NCBI RefSeq assembly: GCF_964188315.1
Contig: NC_135658.1
Location: forward strand, 104,780,001-104,844,000
DNA length: 64,000 nucleotides
Direction of reading: 5' to 3'
Source of the DNA: Podarcis muralis
Taxonomy: Eukaryota
The notes beneath the pieces were generated by a model, which was not told the origin of the DNA, searched no databases, and worked only from the letters and a program-made list of their open reading frames with translations. The translations under genes were made by a program, and so were the position numbers. Positions 60,929 to 64,000 of the stretch are shown here, in pieces (the first letter of the stretch is position 1; the number at the start of each line of letters is the position of its first letter).

Positions 60929-63149
60929 TATCCCTCTAAAGAAGAGACAGAAAATGAAGACCACAAAGATGAAAAGATCAAATTTTGTATATGTGGCAAT
61001 CCAGGGCATGTATTAGGAGATTTGAGGGGTGATGGAGAGTTAGAGAGTGATCACCTCTTTTAAGTTATGGCAGTTTTTAAACTCATGAAGCGGATGTGTC
61101 CGAAAGAGTCATACTTCAGGAATAACTTTTAAAATGTCATTATCTTGACATTTTAAAATTACAGACATTGTGATGGTATGAAATTTATTATTTGAGTACC
61201 CATCACCAACAATGCACTGGATTATTATTTTTTAAAATCAGAACATACCTGCCCAACTATAGTCATTATATATTTGCATTTCATTTGTTGCAGATGAAGT
61301 TATGTGGTAGAATGATCCACACCAACTGGAAGGATCATAAGGGTCAGTGTGTGAGGGCCCTTGGTGCAGCCAGTTTGCAGGTCTGGCCAGTACCTGTCCC
61401 TAGAGTAGACCACCTGATGAGATAGGCTTATCTGTCTGTTTCAGTTTACATATTTCTGTGTGCAAGTTGGCCTTATACGCATGACACAGCTATTCCGCCC
61501 TTTTCAGAAATAGGGCTCAGGAGAGGAGGCAGGTGAGGAACGACCTCAGATGATGAGTGCAGGGTCCAGGTTGGTATTGAGGAGCTCTTCACAATATGGA
61601 CTTCAAACTGGTTTTACACAATATATTGATGTATCGCCTGGCCCTAGTGACAAAGTTGACATTCAGCAATATGGAATTTTTCTCCAGTTAATCTGCAATT
61701 CCCAATTCACATATGCTAATACTCAGTTGTTAGTGAAGTCAACAAATGATGAACAGGAATGTGGACTGCCCCATGTCCTTTTTGCAACACATAACATTGT
61801 CCTGCCCAATGTAAACACCTTATTATTGGAAGATAAAATTAAATCTTGTTAAAAGAGGACTCTAGCCAAAGGTAATATACAAGGGGTGAGCGACAACCTA
61901 TTAATTTTTCTTTCAGACTAAACTTTGTGTTTTTAAATTGGGAGGAGGGCTGTAAATGAGTCAGGCAAAACCTTTTGGTGGAACACTGATCTGAGAGGAA
62001 ACCTCTAGTATTTTTGAAGATGCATTTTCTCTTTCTCTTTTTACTAAGTTCTAACTCTGTGTCAAATGTCAGCTTACTTTGTCCACTCGTCGGAGCAGCT
62101 GGAGGGATTCTGATCGCCAGCTGTGTCTTCTGATTGTAGTGGAACTGTGGCAGAAGGGGAATCAATTATGCAGCCACACAAAAGCATACCTCTGTGTGAA
62201 GCATCCGCAGACTTTCACATCAGTCTAAAATCCTCTTGAAATAAACCAATATCAGCCTTCGGTTACTAATTGGGCTAATGACTCGCTGAGCTGGAGCAAG
62301 TCGAGGCATCTCTTCAGCTAAAAAGCCCACTCTCACCACTTTGAATCTGTTCTCTTTGACGTTTGCCAAAGCAAACAGTATCAGGCGACATCTCAGTGTA
62401 CTCTGACCTTGCTCAGCAAGCCCTCTGTTGCCTTGAAATTGCAAATGCCACTTTGCCAGAGCTTGATGGAGTGAGGAAGAAGAAAAGTGCAGGATGAGGG
62501 TTAGGGCGGGTAAATGGGGAAGGGAGGCATGAAAGCTCTCAGGGCCAAGGCTGCATCAGATAGGAAGGCAAGAGGGAGTAGCAGCTTGCAACAGCATGCC
62601 TCTTCTGAAAAGTAGTTTCCAGATTATTTGCCATTTTGCACTGTATTTCCAAAAAAGCAAACATGGATGCCATTTCAGATTCCTGTGAGGAGGGCAAATG
62701 AGATTTCAGCAACACTCAGCAATGTTTGTGTTATGGTTGCATCTTGGATATATTCAAGACGTAACTGAAAAAAGAAGCATGACTGCTTCCCCTACACAAT
62801 CCACATATTGTTCATGAGTTTACTCCTGCTTTGCCACCACAGCATCACTTGAAGTGGTGGAGCTTCAATATTTAAAATTACCATGTGACAAAATTGCAGA
62901 CAAACAAACAAACAATAGCTTGAAACAAATATGCTTCAGTTTTTAAAATCAGAATAAAATAAAATTGAGAAATATTCAGCAAGCACTAAAAGCCTTCCTA
63001 AATAGCTAGGATTTGACCAGCTGCTGAATTACCAAGCTAAATGTGTCCGGATGAGTTTATGATACATGAAAATTCCAGAGTGTGGATATCATTGCAGAGA
63101 AGCAGTGATAATAATCTGAGTGCTGCCAAAACAATCCAAATGGACTCCT

Positions 63150-63217
63150 CCTTCCTTCCTTCCTTCCTTCCTTCCTTCCTTCCTTCCTTCCTTCCTTCCT
63201 TCCTTCCTTCCTTCCTT
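63150..63217. repeat. (CCTT)n microsatellite
   Basis: Perfect tetranucleotide run. Confidence 0.97.
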
Positions 63218-63978
63218 TTGGCATAGATGCCTAGTGCTTATGCTAACAGGGATGTTGGATTAGAAGGGCATCATTCTGGGCTAATCCAGAGACTCTTCTG
63301 ATGTTCTGACTTTCTTATAGAAATGTGATTAAAAAAATTCTGTAGTACCAAATGGGCATATGAACACTTTGGTAAGTTTGAAATGGTAAGCTGCTTGCTG
63401 AATGATTGGTTTTATTCATCTGTAGATAATTCAGAAAAACCTATACAAAAAATACTGTACTGCTCCTTTTCTGTTATGATTCCTTGGGACTTTTCTTTAT
63501 TATATCTTTATTTTATGGACGGAAAGGCAATAAAAATAAGAGAAAAGTATACTGCTAAACAAAGTGGAATGTTATATATCAGTCATGCTCATAAAGCATA
63601 TTAATTGCATCAGATCTATTTTGTGATGGAAGGGGGAGAGAAAACCACATATTCTATTTCTTAGAATGGCTGTATAATAAATCAAGCAGTGATATATTCC
63701 CCAGTTATTAAGTGCATAATAAAATTTATTTGTGCTTAAATTACTGGGCAAAATGATCTTTATTAACTTGCTGCTATTGAGATAGAGGGATATTTTCTCC
63801 TGCTTACCATTTTATCAAAATGGGAAGATAATTTAACCTATTGAACTGATTTAAAAATAGTATGGAAAAACCTCAGCTTCTGAGGAATATGTCTTTGTTA
63901 CTAATCAGAGAAGACTAGAGCATCACCTATCATCTCCCAGACAACACTGGTCATATATATCGGATCCAAAGTGATCTA

Positions 63979-64000
63979 CAGTGGTACCTCGGGTTACATA
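63979..64000. mobile_element. Start of another Tigger-like MITE (cut by the window edge)
   Basis: TA|CAGTGGTACCTCGGGTTAC. Confidence 0.8.

Noticed and set aside
1-64000. Prokaryote-type systems (CRISPR arrays, operons, defence islands), rRNA or true tRNA genes
   Set aside because: The sequence is vertebrate. The only tRNA-like boxes are SINE heads, and no repeat-spacer array was seen.

Overview
Vertebrate genomic DNA from a squamate, probably a lacertid lizard. This is inferred from six Sauria SINE copies and a lizard-type L2/CR1/RTE/MITE repertoire. No host protein-coding gene could be identified with confidence, and almost all ORFs in the supplied track are chance ORFs, microsatellite translations or retroelement fragments. 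The window looks intronic or intergenic and is transposon-rich. It contains: a young 5'-truncated APE-RT-zinc-knuckle non-LTR retrotransposon (6787-9860, RTE-X-like, 9-bp TSD); a full-length decayed RTE LINE with a 12-bp TSD (31627-35755) that carries two nested insertions and a structured 5' leader; several L2 and CR1 pieces; Tigger-like and hAT MITEs; and a 133-N gap. The most interesting signals are RNA motifs. One is a Penelope-type inverted insertion at 38039-38258 with two back-to-back type I hammerhead ribozyme motifs. Another is an isolated hammerhead-like core at 29225-29281. The third is a nested multi-stem fold at the RTE 5' end. All of these come from manual base-pairing only and have not been tested. 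A few + strand exon-like segments with good splice signals are noted at low confidence.
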